A stretch of DNA of 64,000 nucleotides from Octopus vulgaris (GCA_951406725.2 OX597838.1:35092001-35156000), one strand, 5' to 3'. Shown: positions 1 to 13,671, counted from the first letter of the stretch. A program made the numbers and translations. The notes: generated from the sequence alone by a model not told the origin.

Positions 1-1404
1 CATTAAGAATGAAATGTCCAATTTTGAGTTGAGAGTTTATTTTACTTTATCTCAACAAAAAGCAATGCAGTTAATCAAAGAATGCACCTAAATTATCAAC
101 ATAATTTTGCCATTTTATTGGTAGCTTATTTATGCCAGCAGTGAAGAATTCCGGAGAACAACAGGTGATGAAATCACGAAAGGCTGTTTTTGCATCTTCT
201 TCACATTTGAAGTATTTTCCTTGCAAAAAGTTGTCTAATGCCTGGAAAACATGATAGTCTGTTGGTGCAAGGTCTGGTGAATATGGTGGATGACAGAGAA
301 CTTCCAAGTTCAGTTCCTCTAACTTGAGTGGTGTTCTTTGTGCAATATGTGGTTGAGCATTGTCTTGCTAGAGAATTGGCCTGTCTCTCTTGACCAATCT
401 CAGTTGTTTAATTGCAAGTTCACTCATCATTTCATCCAATTAGTTGACGTATACATCCACTGTAATTGACATACCAGGTCTCATGAAACTGTGGTGGATG
501 ACATCAATGCTGGGCCACCAAACAGACACCTTTAGCTTTTCTTGGTGAATATTCTTTTTTGGATTGTATTTTGGCACTTCATCTCTATCCAACCACCATG
601 CAAAATGCTAGCTATTGCTGAAAAGAATCCATTTTTCATCACTAATAATAATACAATACAAAAATAGTTTACTTTAAAGCTGTGACAGCAAAGAACAGCA
701 AGTTTCAAGACAACTTGTCATTTGATACTTGTACAGTTTCTGTGATTCCCACTTGTCCAGCTTCTTTACCTTGCTGATTTGTTTCAGATGGTCCAATTCA
801 GTTGGAATTGAAACATCAAACCTTGCTACTAACCCATGCATAGTTTGAGATGTCTCTGCTTCCACTACAGTTTCCAGCTCATCATTATCCACCTTGGTCT
901 CTATTCTACCATGGGGCTGATTTTCAAGAGTAAAGTCACCTGACCGGAACTTCTCAGACCATCAACGTACAGTGCGCTCATTCACCACATCTTCACCAAA
1001 CACCTCATTGATGTTTCAATCTGTCTGAAACGCATTGGTTCCACGATGGAACTCATATTCATGAACCATGAATTTTTGATCTATCCATGGGTTCACAAAA
1101 ATTGATTAATAAGAGAAAACTCACAATAGAATTAGACATCTTGAACTGCATTTCGAAAAGTGATGATGTAATTCTTCAATGTTGTAGAACATAGAATTGT
1201 CATTACGGAGATGTACTTGCATAGCAAGTGACTTGATCTGAGATCGTGTGCTGAAATGAAAACAGTTGCAGCGTGGAAGGTGTTTGTAAGCCATTTAAAA
1301 AACACACAAAAGCCGTTCGATTCACTTCAACATTTAAGTTTAATTTGTCAAAATATTTTCGTCGCTAAAATCTGCACAGACATTTCATTCTTAATGACCT
1401 GATA
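1..1404 (-). mobile_element. Decayed mariner (Tc1/mariner) DNA transposon with both TIRs; left TIR cut by the window edge
   Basis: ORF 71-307(-) carries HPPYSPDLAPTDYHVF, the mariner YSPDLAP-D motif. ORF 674-892(-) is the HTH/linker region. Bases 1-18 (cattaagaatgaaatgtc) are the reverse complement of 1379-1396; the right TIR gacatttcattcttaatgacctga (1379-1402) is followed by TA. Multiple stops and frameshifts. Confidence 0.92.
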
Positions 1405-1592
1405 AAAAAGCACCCAGTACTCTCTGTATAGTGGTTGGCATTATGAAGGGCATCCAGCCATAGAAACAGAGCTAAAACAAGCGTTTGGAGCTAGGACAGC
1501 TGTTTAGCTCCTGTCAACCCATGCCAGGAACCACATACCAGCAACTGTTCAACCCATGCCAGCATGGAAAATGGATGGTAAATGATGATGAT
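1405..1592 (+). mobile_element. 5'-truncated RTE-LINE 3' UTR copy ending in a (GAT)n tail
   Basis: gtggttggcattatgaagggcatccagcc...catgccagcatggaaaatgga...gatgatgat matches the 3' UTR that follows an RTE ORF end at 16810-17740. Confidence 0.75.
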
Positions 1593-3260
1593 GATGGAGG
1601 TGGTTATGAGGATGGTCATGAAGATGGTGATGATGTTGGTGATGCTGATAATGGTGGTGGTGGTGGATATGATGAAGTTGATGATGATGGTAATGATGAT
1701 GATTATGCTGATGAAGATGTCGATGATGATGATGGCAGTGGTAGTGGAGACGATGATAATGATAATGATGATAGTTATGATGGTGGTCAGGATGCTGGTA
1801 ATGATGGTGACAGTGATTGATGATGATAATGTTAATGACTAATGATGATGATGGTAATAATGGCGATCATGGTGGTGGTGATGATGATGATGGTGGTGGT
1901 GGTGGATATGATGAAGTTGATGATGATGGTAATGATGATGATTATGCTGATGAAGATGTCGATGATGATGATGGTAGTGGTAGTGGAGATGATGATAATG
2001 ATAATGATGATAGTTATGATGGTGGTCAGGATGCTGGTAATGATGGTGACAGTGATTGATGATGATAATGTTAATGACTAATGATGATGATGGTAGTAAT
2101 GGCGATCATGGTGGTGGTGATGATGATGATGATGATAATAGTTATTATGGTTGGAATGTTGGGGGAGGACGATGATAATGGGGTTGGTGGTGGTGATGAT
2201 GATGATGGTGATGATGATGATGGTGGTGTTGATGACAGCAACAACAGCAGCAACAGTAGTGAAGGTGGGGGCAGCAAAAATGGTGGTGGTGGCAGTGGTG
2301 GTGATGATTGATGATGATGGTGATGATGATGATGATGACAGTAGTAGCGATGGTGATGGTTGTGGCTGTGGCAGTGGTGGTGGTGGTGGTGACGACGACG
2401 ATGATGATGACGATGATGACAGCAGTGGTGGTGGTTGTTGTTGTGGTGGTGGTGATGATGATGGTGATGGTGACGATGATGACAGCAGTGATGGTGGTGG
2501 TGGTGGTTGTGGTGGTGGTTGTGGTGGTGGTTGTGGTGGTGGTTGTGGTGGTGGTTGTGGTGGTGGTGGTGGCAGTGGTGGTGGTAGTGGTGGCAGTGGT
2601 GGTGGTGATGAAGCTACATGAGTTAGTCCTTCCATGTGGATGCAGCATGGAGGTAAGAGATGTTGCCACACAGCCTTGGTGCTAATGTTATTTCTACTAC
2701 TACTGCTACTACTACTGCTACTACTACTACTGCTGCTGATGTTGCTGCTGTTATTGTTGTGAATACTACTGTTGCTGCTGCTGCTGCTGCTGCTGTTGCT
2801 GCTACTTCTGTGGTTGCATTTTCAGTTTAAACTATTGTAATAGTTAGTGTTGTGGTGGTAGTATGATGGTGATGATGGAGGTGACGGTCGTGGTAGTGGT
2901 GGTGGTGGATTTTGTCATGGTAGTGGTGGTGGTCATGGTGACGGTAATACTGGTGGTGATGGTGGTGTTGGTGATGATGATGGTAGTGGTGGTGTGGTGG
3001 TGATGATAGTGGTGGTGATGATTGTTGTGGTGGTAGTGGTGGTGGTTACGGTCGTGGTAGCGATGATGATGATGATGATGGTGGTGGTGGTCATGGTGAC
3101 GGTGGTGTTGGTGATGATGATGGTGGTGGTTGATGTGGTAGTGGTTGTTGCTGTCACAACTATTGTTATTCCTGCTGCTACTGCTGCTACTGCTGCTACT
3201 GCTGCCGGTGCTGCTTTTCCTGCTTTTGATCCTGTTGTTGTCGTTGCTGTTGTTTGTTGA
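1582..3260. repeat. Compound trinucleotide array (GAT/GGT/GCT/ACT) containing a ~239-bp tandem duplication
   Basis: Directly visible. ggatatgatgaagttg occurs at 1665 and again at 1904. The array explains the poly-D/G/M/V/H ORFs. Confidence 0.95.
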
Positions 3261-3292
3261 TGTTACAATCAAAAATAATATGTGAAACTTAA

Positions 3293-4410
3293 AACACACA
3301 CACACGCACACACACATACACGCACACACTGAGTCATAAACATAGACATCAAAAATGCACTCACAAACACACCTATAACAACACACACATATACACATGC
3401 ACACATGGATACCAACGTAAATATACACACATAGAAATACACATACAAATACACACACACATACATACACACATTCATGCTCATGCACACACACATACAT
3501 TCATGCCCATGTACACACACACACACATACATGCTCATGCACATGCTCATAAGTACACACATACACACACACATACACACACACAAAAGCACAAATACAA
3601 ACACACCTGTAAGAACACAGATACACATTCATAAACACACACACCAACACATGTGTTAGAACACGTACATACACATGCACACATATTAGTGTATATGCGC
3701 ACACACACAAATATACACATACACATTCATACACATACATGCACACGCACACACACACACATTTACACAAGCATATGCACAGAAATGCAAGTACAAATAC
3801 ACCTGTAAGAATACGCGCACACACATGCACACAAACACATATGTACACATGCATATGCACACACACTCATACACAAATATACACACACACACACAAACCA
3901 ACGTAAATCTACTGATGTAAAAATACACACGCAAATATACACATACACATTCATACACATACATGCACACACACACGCACACACACATTTACACAAGTGC
4001 ATGCACATAAATGCAAGTACAAATACACCTGTTAGAACATGTGCACACACATGCACACAAACGCATGTGCACACACACACGTACATGCACACACACATAC
4101 ATGCACACATGCACACACACACATGTACATGCACACATGCACACATGCACACACACGTACATGCACACATACACACACACATGTACATGCACACATCACA
4201 CACACACACTCATACATGCACACATTCACACACACAAACATACACAGAAATGCAAACACAAACACATCTATAAGAACATACACACACACATATAAAAGCA
4301 CACAAAGACACACACGCGCATGCACACACACGCGCATGCACACACACGTGCATGCACACACACGTGCATGCACACACACACACGCACATACGCATACACA
4401 AATGTTCACA
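3293..4410. repeat. Degenerate (CA)n/(CATG)-type microsatellite field with higher-order duplications
   Basis: Directly visible. Blocks such as aatgcaagtacaaatacacctgt are repeated (3784, 4010). Confidence 0.93.
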
Positions 4411-4742
4411 TACAAACTCTCCAGAAGCAAATGAGTGTCACAATCAGCTGTGCTGATGGTGTGTAGCTTGGTGACGGTGGTGGTGGTGGGGAAGGTTAGG
4501 GTTAGAGAGGTAAGAAAGAGAAGGAGGAGGAGGGGGACCATCAGCAGCAGCAGCAGTTTTGAAGGTATGCTGGTGTGTATGTGTGTGTGTGTGTGTGTGT
4601 GTGAATGCTGTTACCATTACCATTATTGTTATTATCATTTTGTCTCATCTTCTTCATCTTCTTCATCTTGTCTTTGATTTCAGATTAAAGTAAAGCTCTG
4701 CAAGAAACAATAAAAACAAAGACCAAAAAAAAAAACAGGAAA

Positions 4743-4784
<42 letters not shown>

Positions 4785-5018
4785 TAAATGAAATAATCGC
4801 AAAACAATGCAAAAATATCTTACTCGCACATTTTTCGCAATGTTTGTTACCTTGGTAACAATCCAACTATTTGAGCAACAGGCTGCTGCACTGGATGATG
4901 AAGAAGAAGACGACAGACATCAGCCTACTCTCCTTGAATACCAACGACGAGAAAGCCTCTGTGTTGCCTCTCAGCTTGCTTGACATAACAGCTAAGTTCC
5001 ATTCAAAACCATACATAT

Positions 5019-5190
5019 AGGTGCAGGAGTGGCTGTGTGGTAAGTAGCTTGCTTACCAACCACATGGTTCCGGGTTCAGTCCCACTGCGTGGCACCTTGG
5101 GCATGTGTCTTCTGCTATAGCCCCGAGCCGACCAATGCCTTGTGAGTGGATTTGGTAGACGGAAACTGAAAGAAGCCTGTTGTATATATG

Positions 5191-5235
<45 letters not shown>

Positions 5236-5435
5236 GTGTGTGTGTTTGTCCCCCCTAGCATGCTTGACAACCGATGCTGGTGTGTTTACGTCCCCGTCAC
5301 TTAGCGGTTCGGCAAAAGAGACCGATAGAATGAGTACTGGGCTTACAAAAGAATAAGTCCCGGGGTCGATTTGCTCGACTAAAGGCGGTGCTCCAGCATG
5401 GCCGCAGTCAAATGACTGAAACAAGTAAAAGAGTA
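5019..5435 (+). mobile_element. tRNA-derived SINE family A, full length, with internal (TA)n(TG)n
   Basis: Pol III A-box-like tggctgtgtggtaa and B-box-like gggttcagtccc; tail gactgaaacaagtaaaagag. More than 15 near-identical copies in the window. Confidence 0.9.
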
Positions 5436-5627
5436 ACTGTCACATGAAAATAAGGACGACATTAATTAATGGAATTCTTAATATATTATGTCTCCAACAA
5501 ACTCTGCCAAAAGGAGGTAATGGTCACAGTAGCATAACTAAATGAGTGGGGTGGGTGGGTACATCTTACCTTTGTTCACTGCTCACTGTATCCACCCCAA
5601 CATACCTCTGATCTCCATCACTGTCAC

Positions 5628-5722
5628 TGTACATCTCTCCCTCTCTCTCCCTCTCCTCTCTCTCCCTCTCCTCTCTCTCCCTCTCCTCTCTCTCCCTCTC
5701 CTCTCTCTCCCTCTCCTCTCTC
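5628..5722. repeat. Pyrimidine minisatellite, 15-bp unit cctctcctctctctc, ~5-6 copies
   Basis: Directly visible; gives the LSLPL repeats in ORF 5542-5790. Confidence 0.9.
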
Positions 5723-6139
5723 ACCTTCCATACACACTTTTCCTTTGCTCAGCCACTTCAAACATCTCTCTATTTCTCATCTTCCAATAGTTTTCTTGTT
5801 CTTTTTCTCCTCACCTTCCTGCACTGTCACTCCTCTCGTCTCTTCCACCATCCAGAGTCATTTCGGTTTCTTTCACTCCCTCCACCCACCTTCTTCAATT
5901 TCATATTTACCATCGACCATGCCTCCATCCTCATTCACCCCTATCTCCTTCTTTAACCAATCTGACATTTTCCTTTTACACACTTGTCGACTTATTTACT
6001 CACCTTTCTTGATCCACTATCGTTACACTCTCCTCTACTCATCCCCTTTCAACTTAAAGGCATGCCCTGACATCTCATTATCACCATCTTTATCCATGAG
6101 CATAATCTATAGGTAGTGCTTAGCTGAGCAAGGGATATA

Positions 6140-6904
6140 CAGTGATCCCTCGCTACTTCGCGGTTCAACTATCGCAGATTCACGACTTTGTGGATTTTAA
6201 AAATATATATATATGAACACCTAAAATTTTTCATTAAATCCAAAGAAGAAGAAGAAGAAATGCAGCAAGAATCGGAAGAAATTGTCGACCAAACTGGCTT
6301 GACTTTGGAACGGCTGGCCAAGCTCTGCAACCTGGCTAAAGAATTGAAAGAGGGTTCAAAGAAATGGGACGATGATATGGTTCATTCTGTGCAATTTTGC
6401 AACAAAGTCGACGAAGTCATGAATCCCTACAAGATGCTCTTTGAACGGAAAAAGAAGCAGCGGCACCAACTTCTTATCACAATGTTTTTGCAGCCTGGCA
6501 AAAAAGAGCCAGTTCCCACTGCTACTACTACTACTACGGTTGTACCTTCGGCAGAAGTGGAAGAGGTGTCCCAGGAAAGGGCACCGCCGTCAGCTTCATC
6601 ATCATCATTTCTACTGTGCAGCAAATTCATCACCATCATCATCCAAATTTTACTTCAACTTCTTTCGTGTTGAGTACAGTAACAGTCTTTAATTTTTTTA
6701 AAATCTAAAGTGTTATTGCTTAACGGTTGTCCTTGTTGATAATAGACTACTGTAATGGGTAGGTTGTTAACAGTACAGGGAGGGTTTTAAAAGTCCGAAT
6801 ACACGTTAAATAAATACTGTAAATATGGTGTCCCTACTTTGCGGAAATTCAGTTATCTCGGCCGGTCTCGGAACCTATCTACCGCAATAAACAAGGGATC
6901 ACTG
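6140..6904 (+). mobile_element. Internally deleted Tigger/pogo-like DNA transposon
   Basis: TA|cagtgatccctcg...aagggatcactg|TA gives TIRs with a TA TSD. ORF 6188-6673 (GLTLERLAKL...PYKMLFERKKKQRHQLLITMFL) resembles the Tigger/TIGD1 transposase C-terminus. Confidence 0.85.
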
Positions 6905-7217
6905 TAGATCCAACAGGTGTGATCCAGAGATGCTCATGCACTCATGGATAAGCAATTCTTGGACACATCTACAAAGAATTCCACAGTTCCACGTAAGGAT
7001 CTTTACATGGAGCTCTTACTGTGGAAAACAAATGACTTTATTAATTTTCTATGTCTTTGTGTTCTTTTAATATAGAGATATATATTTGTACTTGAATATT
7101 CATTGTCTGAAAGTTTTCCGTTTATGCTTTGTCTCCATTTGCATGTATAATGGAAGGCAAGGTTTATGATATCAGAAGAATATTGTCTTCTTACATCATC
7201 TTTTTGTTCTTCAAAAA

Positions 7218-7493
7218 GCATCAACCGATCATGGCCTGTGCTGGTGGCACGTAAAAAGCACCAACCGATCGTGGCCACGGCCAGCCTCCTCTGGCACCTG
7301 TGCCGGTGGCACGTAAAAAGCCCCACTACACTCATGGAGTGGTTGGCGTTAGGAAAGGCATCCAGCTGTAGAAACACTGCCAGATCAGACTGGAGCCTGC
7401 TGTAGCCTCCTGGCTTCCCAGACCCCGGTCGAACTGTCCAACCCATGCTAGCACGGAAAACGGATGTTAAACGATGATGATGATGATGATGAT
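7218..7493 (+). mobile_element. RTE-LINE 3' UTR copy with (GAT)n tail
   Basis: ggtggcacgtaaaaagc repeats, gtggttggcgttaggaaaggcatccagctgtagaaac, and a terminal gatgatgat run. Confidence 0.8.
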
Positions 7494-7650
7494 TGACAAT
7501 GGCATGTAAATATTAGGTTAAAAATCCATTTTTGGATGGAATAAGACAAAGGCTATCCTTAGGATTCACACCAACGTTTTCTGATGTTTTACCATTGAAC
7601 CAAAGTAACCCTTTGAGAATCTTCATCTGTTTTAGAAACTTTGTTATTAC

Positions 7651-7883
7651 CCATTTCTTTATTACCCACCAGGGGCTAAACATAGAAGGGACAAACAAGG
7701 ACAGACATAGGTATTAAGTCGATTACATCGACCCCAGTGCGTAACTGGTACTTAATTTATCGACCCCGAAAGGATGAAAGGTAAAGTCGACCTCGGCGGA
7801 ATTTGAACTCACAACGTAACGGCAGACGAAATACCGCTAAGCATTTCGCCCGACGTGCTAACGTTTCTACCAGCTCGCCGCCT
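7651..7883 (-). mobile_element. tRNA-derived SINE family B, monomer
   Basis: Reverse complement of ggcgagctggtagaaacgttagcacg...gagttcaaattccgccgaggtcgac...; same family as 35704-35937. Confidence 0.88.
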
Positions 7884-7987
7884 TCTTTGTTATTACCAGT
7901 GAGTATTTTCTGTTGCTTATGATGTACACATACATTATACATACATCATTATACATGGAATCATCTGAATCTGTTAAAACTCGACTG

Positions 7988-8643
7988 CATCATCATCATC
8001 ATCATCGTTTAACGTCCGTTTTCCATGCTAACATGGGTTGGACGGTTCAACTGGGGTCCGGGAAGCCAGAAGGCTGCGCCAGGCCCAGTCTGATCTGGTA
8101 GTGTTTCTACGGCTGGATGCCCTTCCTAACGCCAACCACTCCGTGAGTGTAGTGGGTGCTTTTTATGTGCCACCTGCACAGGTGCCAGACGAAGCTGGCA
8201 ACGGCCACGATCGGATGGTGCTTTTTACATGCCACCTGCACAGGTGCCAGACGAGGCTGGCAAACAGTCACGATTGGATGGTGCTTTTTACGTGCCACTG
8301 GCACGGGGCCAGACGAGGCTGGCAACGGCCACAATTGGATGGTGCTTTTTACATGCCACTGGCACAGAGGCCAGTCAGGGCAGCGCTGGCAACGGCCACG
8401 TTCGGATGGTTCTCTTACGTGTCATCGGCACTGGTATCACAGCTGCAATTTCCATTGATGTTGATCGATTTCGATTTTGATTTTGATTTTCATTTTCACT
8501 GTCATCATCATCATCATCATCGTTTAACGTCCGCTTTCCATGCTAGCATGGGTTGGACGGTTCAACTGGGGTCTGGGAAGCCCGAAGGCTGCACCAGGCC
8601 AGTCAGATGTGGCAGTGTTTCTACAGCTGGATGCCCTTCCTAA
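7988..8643 (-). mobile_element. Two adjacent RTE-LINE 3' UTR copies; the first has ~4 internal ~62-bp tandem units
   Basis: (CAT)n tails at 7988 and 8503. The unit ggtgctttttatgtgccacctgcacaggtgccagacga... recurs at ~8155, 8217, 8280 and 8341. Confidence 0.8.
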
Positions 8644-8770
8644 TCCATGAAATAGTCTGGCTTGTTAAAAACACATTTTTGTCATATTAATTACAACTTT
8701 ATCCATTGACTTGCTTTCCAGAATTGGGTTTCTTTTGTGTTTTTCTATTTGTACATTTCTATGTATTATC

Positions 8771-9171
8771 TACTAGCAGTATCACCCGGCGTTGCTCGGG
8801 TTTGTAAGGGGAATAACTATATAAGCATTTTTAGAGAGTTATAGCCAAAAAATAGCAAACAAATGCATTAAAAATGGAAAAAAAAATGATGGTAAATTTT
8901 TTTTAAAATTGTTGACTCATCGTAGATATTTTTAGAGAGTTACTTCCCTTATATAATAGCGAAAAAATGCATTAAAATGGAAAAAACTATGGTAAATTTT
9001 TTTAAAAATCGTAGACTCATCGTAGATGTGCGCTAATACCCAGACGGGCTCGATTTGAATCACGACTATAAGATACCCGGTTTTGGTTAAACTGCACTGC
9101 AAAATGTGGGAGTAGTTAGGAATCTAAATCGTAGGAGACAGACACACAACCTTACTTTTATATATAAAGAT
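8771..9171 (+). mobile_element. Helentron-associated non-autonomous element (HINE/DINE-1-like)
   Basis: Starts tactagc with a subterminal hairpin cccggcgttgctcggg, has an internal ~105-bp tandem duplication, and ends gacagacacaca...ttttatatataaagat. This is the typical HINE layout. Confidence 0.65.
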
Positions 9172-9619
9172 GTTTACCAAGCATATTACTGTATGTACAT
9201 GAGTATGTAACTTTATATGCGTGTATGTGTATGTGTGTGTGTATGGTTTTCTTTGAGATTCCTTTACGTTCTTCTTCATGGACTTCAAACCAGTCACTGA
9301 CAAACTGACAAGTTCTCAGGGTTTGTCAATATGCGTTGAGTTAGTGAGTGTATATATGTAGGTGTTTGTAATTGCACTTATGTTCCATATGAAGATATTT
9401 TTTTAGTACTTTAGTGTTTGTTTGCTTATTTGTTTGTTTGTGTGTGTGTGTGTGTGTGATTACTTTTTGCATATGTTTCTTAGTATATGTACACAACCGT
9501 GTGCATATATTCACTCAAAAAAAATCTCAGATACAGAATCTGTGGAATCTATTACAAAGTTTTACTGTTCTGCTAACAGACTGGGTTTGGAGGTTGTATG
9601 TTAATTTCTTTTGCTCTTT

Positions 9620-9626
9620 CTATGTA

Positions 9627-9718
<92 letters not shown>

Positions 9719-9899
9719 TGTATGTATGTATATATGTATTATGTATGTGTGTATGCATGTATATATGTATATATGTATGTATGTACGTACGTATGTATGT
9801 ATGTATATATGTATGTATATGTATATATGTATGTATGTATGTATGTAAGTATGTATCTATGTGTGTGTGCATGTATGTATATACCAGTTATTTTTTACT

Positions 9900-9930
<31 letters not shown>

Positions 9931-9965
9931 ATATGTGTGTATGTATGTACATATGTATGTATGAG
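9620..9965. repeat. (TG)n plus (TATG)n microsatellite
   Basis: Directly visible. Confidence 0.95.
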
Positions 9966-10082
9966 CAAAATGGCCCCGTCCAATGGATGGCACTGAGTTG
10001 TCAACCATTTAAACCAAATTTTCTCAAAACAACTTGTCCGACTGTCCCATAGGCCTCCCCTTTGAGAAACACTGATTTAACT

Positions 10083-10356
10083 TAAATTTGAGATGCCGTG
10101 CAATTTTCTCGCTTATGCGTAGTATCGATCGCAACAGCTGATGTACTTGCACGTACAAATGCACGTACAAATGCACGTTCCCACGGCTTTATCGATCGCA
10201 TTCTCAACTGGAATCGATTTTCACAATTTTTCCAAGACTTAAACATGCCCTGATACCATCGGTATCTACATATCAAATTTGAGTGCAATCGGATGGAGGA
10301 TGCCCGAGATCCTAGAAGACACACAGACAGATAGAACAGATTTTAAGTAATAGATT
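10083..10356 (+). mobile_element. Probable HINE/Helitron-type 3' fragment
   Basis: CpG-rich patch ending caaatttgagtgcaatcggatg...acacacagacaga...tagat, a HINE-like terminus. Confidence 0.5.
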
Positions 10357-10920
10357 GTATGTAAAATGTCAGAGAGAAAAACGTAACTGTTTTTTGCAAT
10401 AAATACATCTAAAGCAGAATTTTTCATGAACCCTTAAAATACTATTATGGATCCCTAATTTTCTATTTTGCTTATGTGGACCCCAAAAATCTTATATGGA
10501 CCACCAGGGGTCACATGAACCCTGTTTGAGAACCAATGCTTTAAGTGCTAAGAAGGTCTTGCAGATTTTTATACTCCAAGATTTCATGATCGTTTGTAAG
10601 GAGTTGCGTTCTTTCCGCAAGATCTCAACTTCCGCCATGCTTTGCTCCAGAAGGATTGGTATGTAACCCGTTGCTACAACCCTAACCCTAATAGGTATGG
10701 AAGCTGAAAATGTATCATGGATACAGAATTGGCAAACCAACTATCAATGGTCCATAGATGTCCTCTTTTGCCTATAATTTTCTAATCACACGGTGTCCAC
10801 GACAGACTACACCTTTTCCTTGTGGTCCTACACAACAACACCTGGCCAGTTGTGTTTTAAGTTGCTGGTTGTTTTAAATTTTAAGTTCTACCAATATTCT
10901 GTTGGTTCATTGGTCTCAAA

Positions 10921-11325
10921 GGCGCAGGAGTGGCTGTGTGGTAAGTAGCTTGTTTACCAGCCACATGGTTCCGGGTTCAGTCCCACTGTGTGGCACCTTG
11001 GGCAAGTGCCTTCTTCTATAGCCTCGGGCCGACCAAAGCCTTGTGAGTGGATTTGGTAGACGGAAACTGAAAGAAGCCCGTCGTATATATATATATATAT
11101 ATATATATATGCGTGTGTGTTTGTGTGTCTGTGTTTGTCCCCCTAGCATTGCTTGACAACTGATGCTGGTGTGTTTATGTCCCCGTTACTTAGCGGTTCG
11201 GCAAAAGAGACCGATAGAATAAGTACTGGGCTTACAAAAGAATAAGTCCCAGGGTCGATTTGCTCGACTAAAAAGGTGGTGCTCCAGCATGGCCGCAGTC
11301 AAACGACTGAAACAAGTAAAAGAGA
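10921..11325 (+). mobile_element. SINE family A, full length
   Basis: Near-identical to 5019-5435. Confidence 0.9.
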
Positions 11326-11469
11326 AAAACGAGTAATACAGTTTGGTTTCATTGATTATTGTTTTCATTTTTGCTATCCTATTCCAGACTGTTTGGGCCA
11401 CCGCATCATGCCTCATGGGAAAATAGTATCTGAAAGATATTCTCGCTCAGTCGGCAACACTGTGGTTGA

Positions 11470-11597
11470 TGTATGTATGTATGTATGTATGTATGTATGT
11501 ATGTATGTATGTATGTATGTATGTGTGTGTGTGTGTGTATGCGTGTGTGTATGTATTTATGTATGTATGTGTGTGTGTGTATGTATGTATGTATGTA

Positions 11598-11628
<31 letters not shown>

Positions 11629-11743
11629 GTGTGTGTGTATGTACGTGTGTGTGTATGTGTGTATGTATGTGTGTGTGTGTATGTATGTATGTATGTATGT
11701 ATGTGTGTGTATGTATGTATGTGTGTATGTATGTATGTATGTA

Positions 11744-11774
<31 letters not shown>

Positions 11775-11925
11775 GTGTGCATGTATGTATGTATGTGTGT
11801 GTGTGTGTGTATGTATTTACGTATGTATGTATGTGTGTGTGTGTGAATGTATTTATATATACATGTATGTGTGTATGTATGTATGTATGTATGTATGTAT
11901 GTATGTGTGCTACTGTGTGTGTTTA
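11470..11925. repeat. (TATG)n/(TG)n microsatellite
   Basis: Directly visible. Confidence 0.95.
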
Positions 11926-12096
11926 CAATGGTGAGCAGCCATATGTCTGTGTACTTTGTTTATTGACAGAATAATTCTTTTTTCCGAGATGTAATAAAAT
12001 CAGTTTTCCACATATGGTTTCACACCAAACACATCAAACTGAAGTGAAATATCATTTATTTAAATAATTTAAAATACTCAAAAATCTAAACACTTG

Positions 12097-12098
<2 letters not shown>

Positions 12099-12131
<33 letters not shown>

Positions 12132-12229
12132 CCATCTTTATCACTGTTGTCATCATCATCATCATCATTGTCATTGTCTTCATCATCCATCATCATCATC
12201 GTCGTTGTCGTCATCATCATTGTTGTCAG

Positions 12230-12262
<33 letters not shown>

Positions 12263-12460
12263 TACCACCATCATCATCATCATTGTCTTCATCATCCATC
12301 ATCATCATCGTCGTCGTCGTCATCATCATCATTGTTGTCAGCATCATCATCATCACCATCTTTATCACCGTTGTCATCATCGTCATCATCATCGTCATTT
12401 AACATCCACTTTCCTATGTTTTCACGGCATATTTTTCTGTAGCTGGATGCTCTTCCTGTC
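12099..12460 (-). repeat. Expanded (CAT)n array forming the tail of a decayed RTE 3' UTR remnant
   Basis: The (CAT)n run 12099-12398 is followed by tttaacatccactttcc...tttctgtagctggatgctcttcctg. Confidence 0.75.
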
Positions 12461-13277
12461 ACTCACTCTCACGGATACTAATTCTCTCCCCAACATTATC
12501 GAGTTCAAAACTGCCTTCAAAACGAGTGAACATGAGGCTAACACTTGCTGATCAATGCATTCTTAGGCCGTACAGTGTCTCACACGAAGTTAAGAATTAT
12601 ACATCCATCTATCCATCCACCCATTTTCTCCACCCACAATTCTTGGGTGGGTTGTGGAGGTAGTGTCCTCAGTCACCTTCACCATAGGGTCCTACCTGTT
12701 GCTTGGATCTTCCATCACCTTGTACTACAGTTGTTAGCTGAATCCCAACATGCAGATGTAGTCAGAATAGTTGCTGTGTCCTTTCTTGCCGACCATGGCT
12801 TGGTAGTCTCTGTTGTAGCTGTCCATGTCACATCTTACTGTCTTTACAGTGTTCACAGTGTTCAGCAAAAGAGACCGATAGAATAAGTACGAGGCTTTAA
12901 AAAGAATATGTCCTGGGGTTGGTTTGCTCAACTAAAGGCAGTGCTCCATCATGGCCACAGTGACATGACTGAAACAAGTAAAAGAGTGAATGCGCAAAAG
13001 AGCAGGACTGAACCCAAAACCATGTGGTTGTAAAGCAAACTCCTTAACCACACAGACAAAAGTGTTGACTACAATGAACAAGGTAATCCTACATATTACA
13101 CCATACTATATTGACCCCGACAAAAAGGTGGGCGGAGAATGTTATGTTTATCAGATCCCATTGGAACTTAAGTTTGCTAATTCAGGGCCGACCTAGAGCG
13201 AAACAACAACAGCAACAATAAGTGGGGCTTGTGAAAATGTAAATATATATGTGTATGTATATATATATATATGTAAG

Positions 13278-13315
<38 letters not shown>

Positions 13316-13671
13316 TATATACATATATATAAAAAGACCTAGTGAATGGTGTTTTGAAGGAAGAGTAAGAAGGGTGCTGCATCAATCCTTTGACATTTCC
13401 CTCCAGTTGTGACATATTGAACACAAGGCAGATTATAAGGAATCTGATCAGGTTAGCTAATTATATTGATCTTTAAACCTATTGATGCCAACAAAGAAAT
13501 AACATTGCACATCCTGTTTAAAGATAATCAAAAGCAGAAAGAAGGTTTCTGGAAATGAAACAGATACCAGGAGCCTTCAAATATTTGTTGCTGCTGCTGT
13601 TGACTGATTAAGTTGTTACTTTCCCATCCATTTCCCCCACCTGGTGTTTTATAATCTAAGACTACATGCAT

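Noticed and set aside
71-307. Domesticated SETMAR-like gene
   Set aside because: No SET domain; the transposase frame is broken by stops and frameshifts and still bounded by TIRs.
1485-3260. Long Asp/Gly/Met/Val/His/Pro-rich ORFs suggesting a biomineralisation or structural protein
   Set aside because: They are open in several frames on both strands because of trinucleotide repeats, start inside a retroposon tail, and have no signal peptide or splice context.
9258-10760. Several short AG...GT-bounded open stretches (e.g. 9531-9595, 10565-10658) as host exons; likewise 7076-7161 and 19641-19890
   Set aside because: No recognisable protein similarity, inconsistent phases, and weak splice signals; cannot be supported without RNA data.
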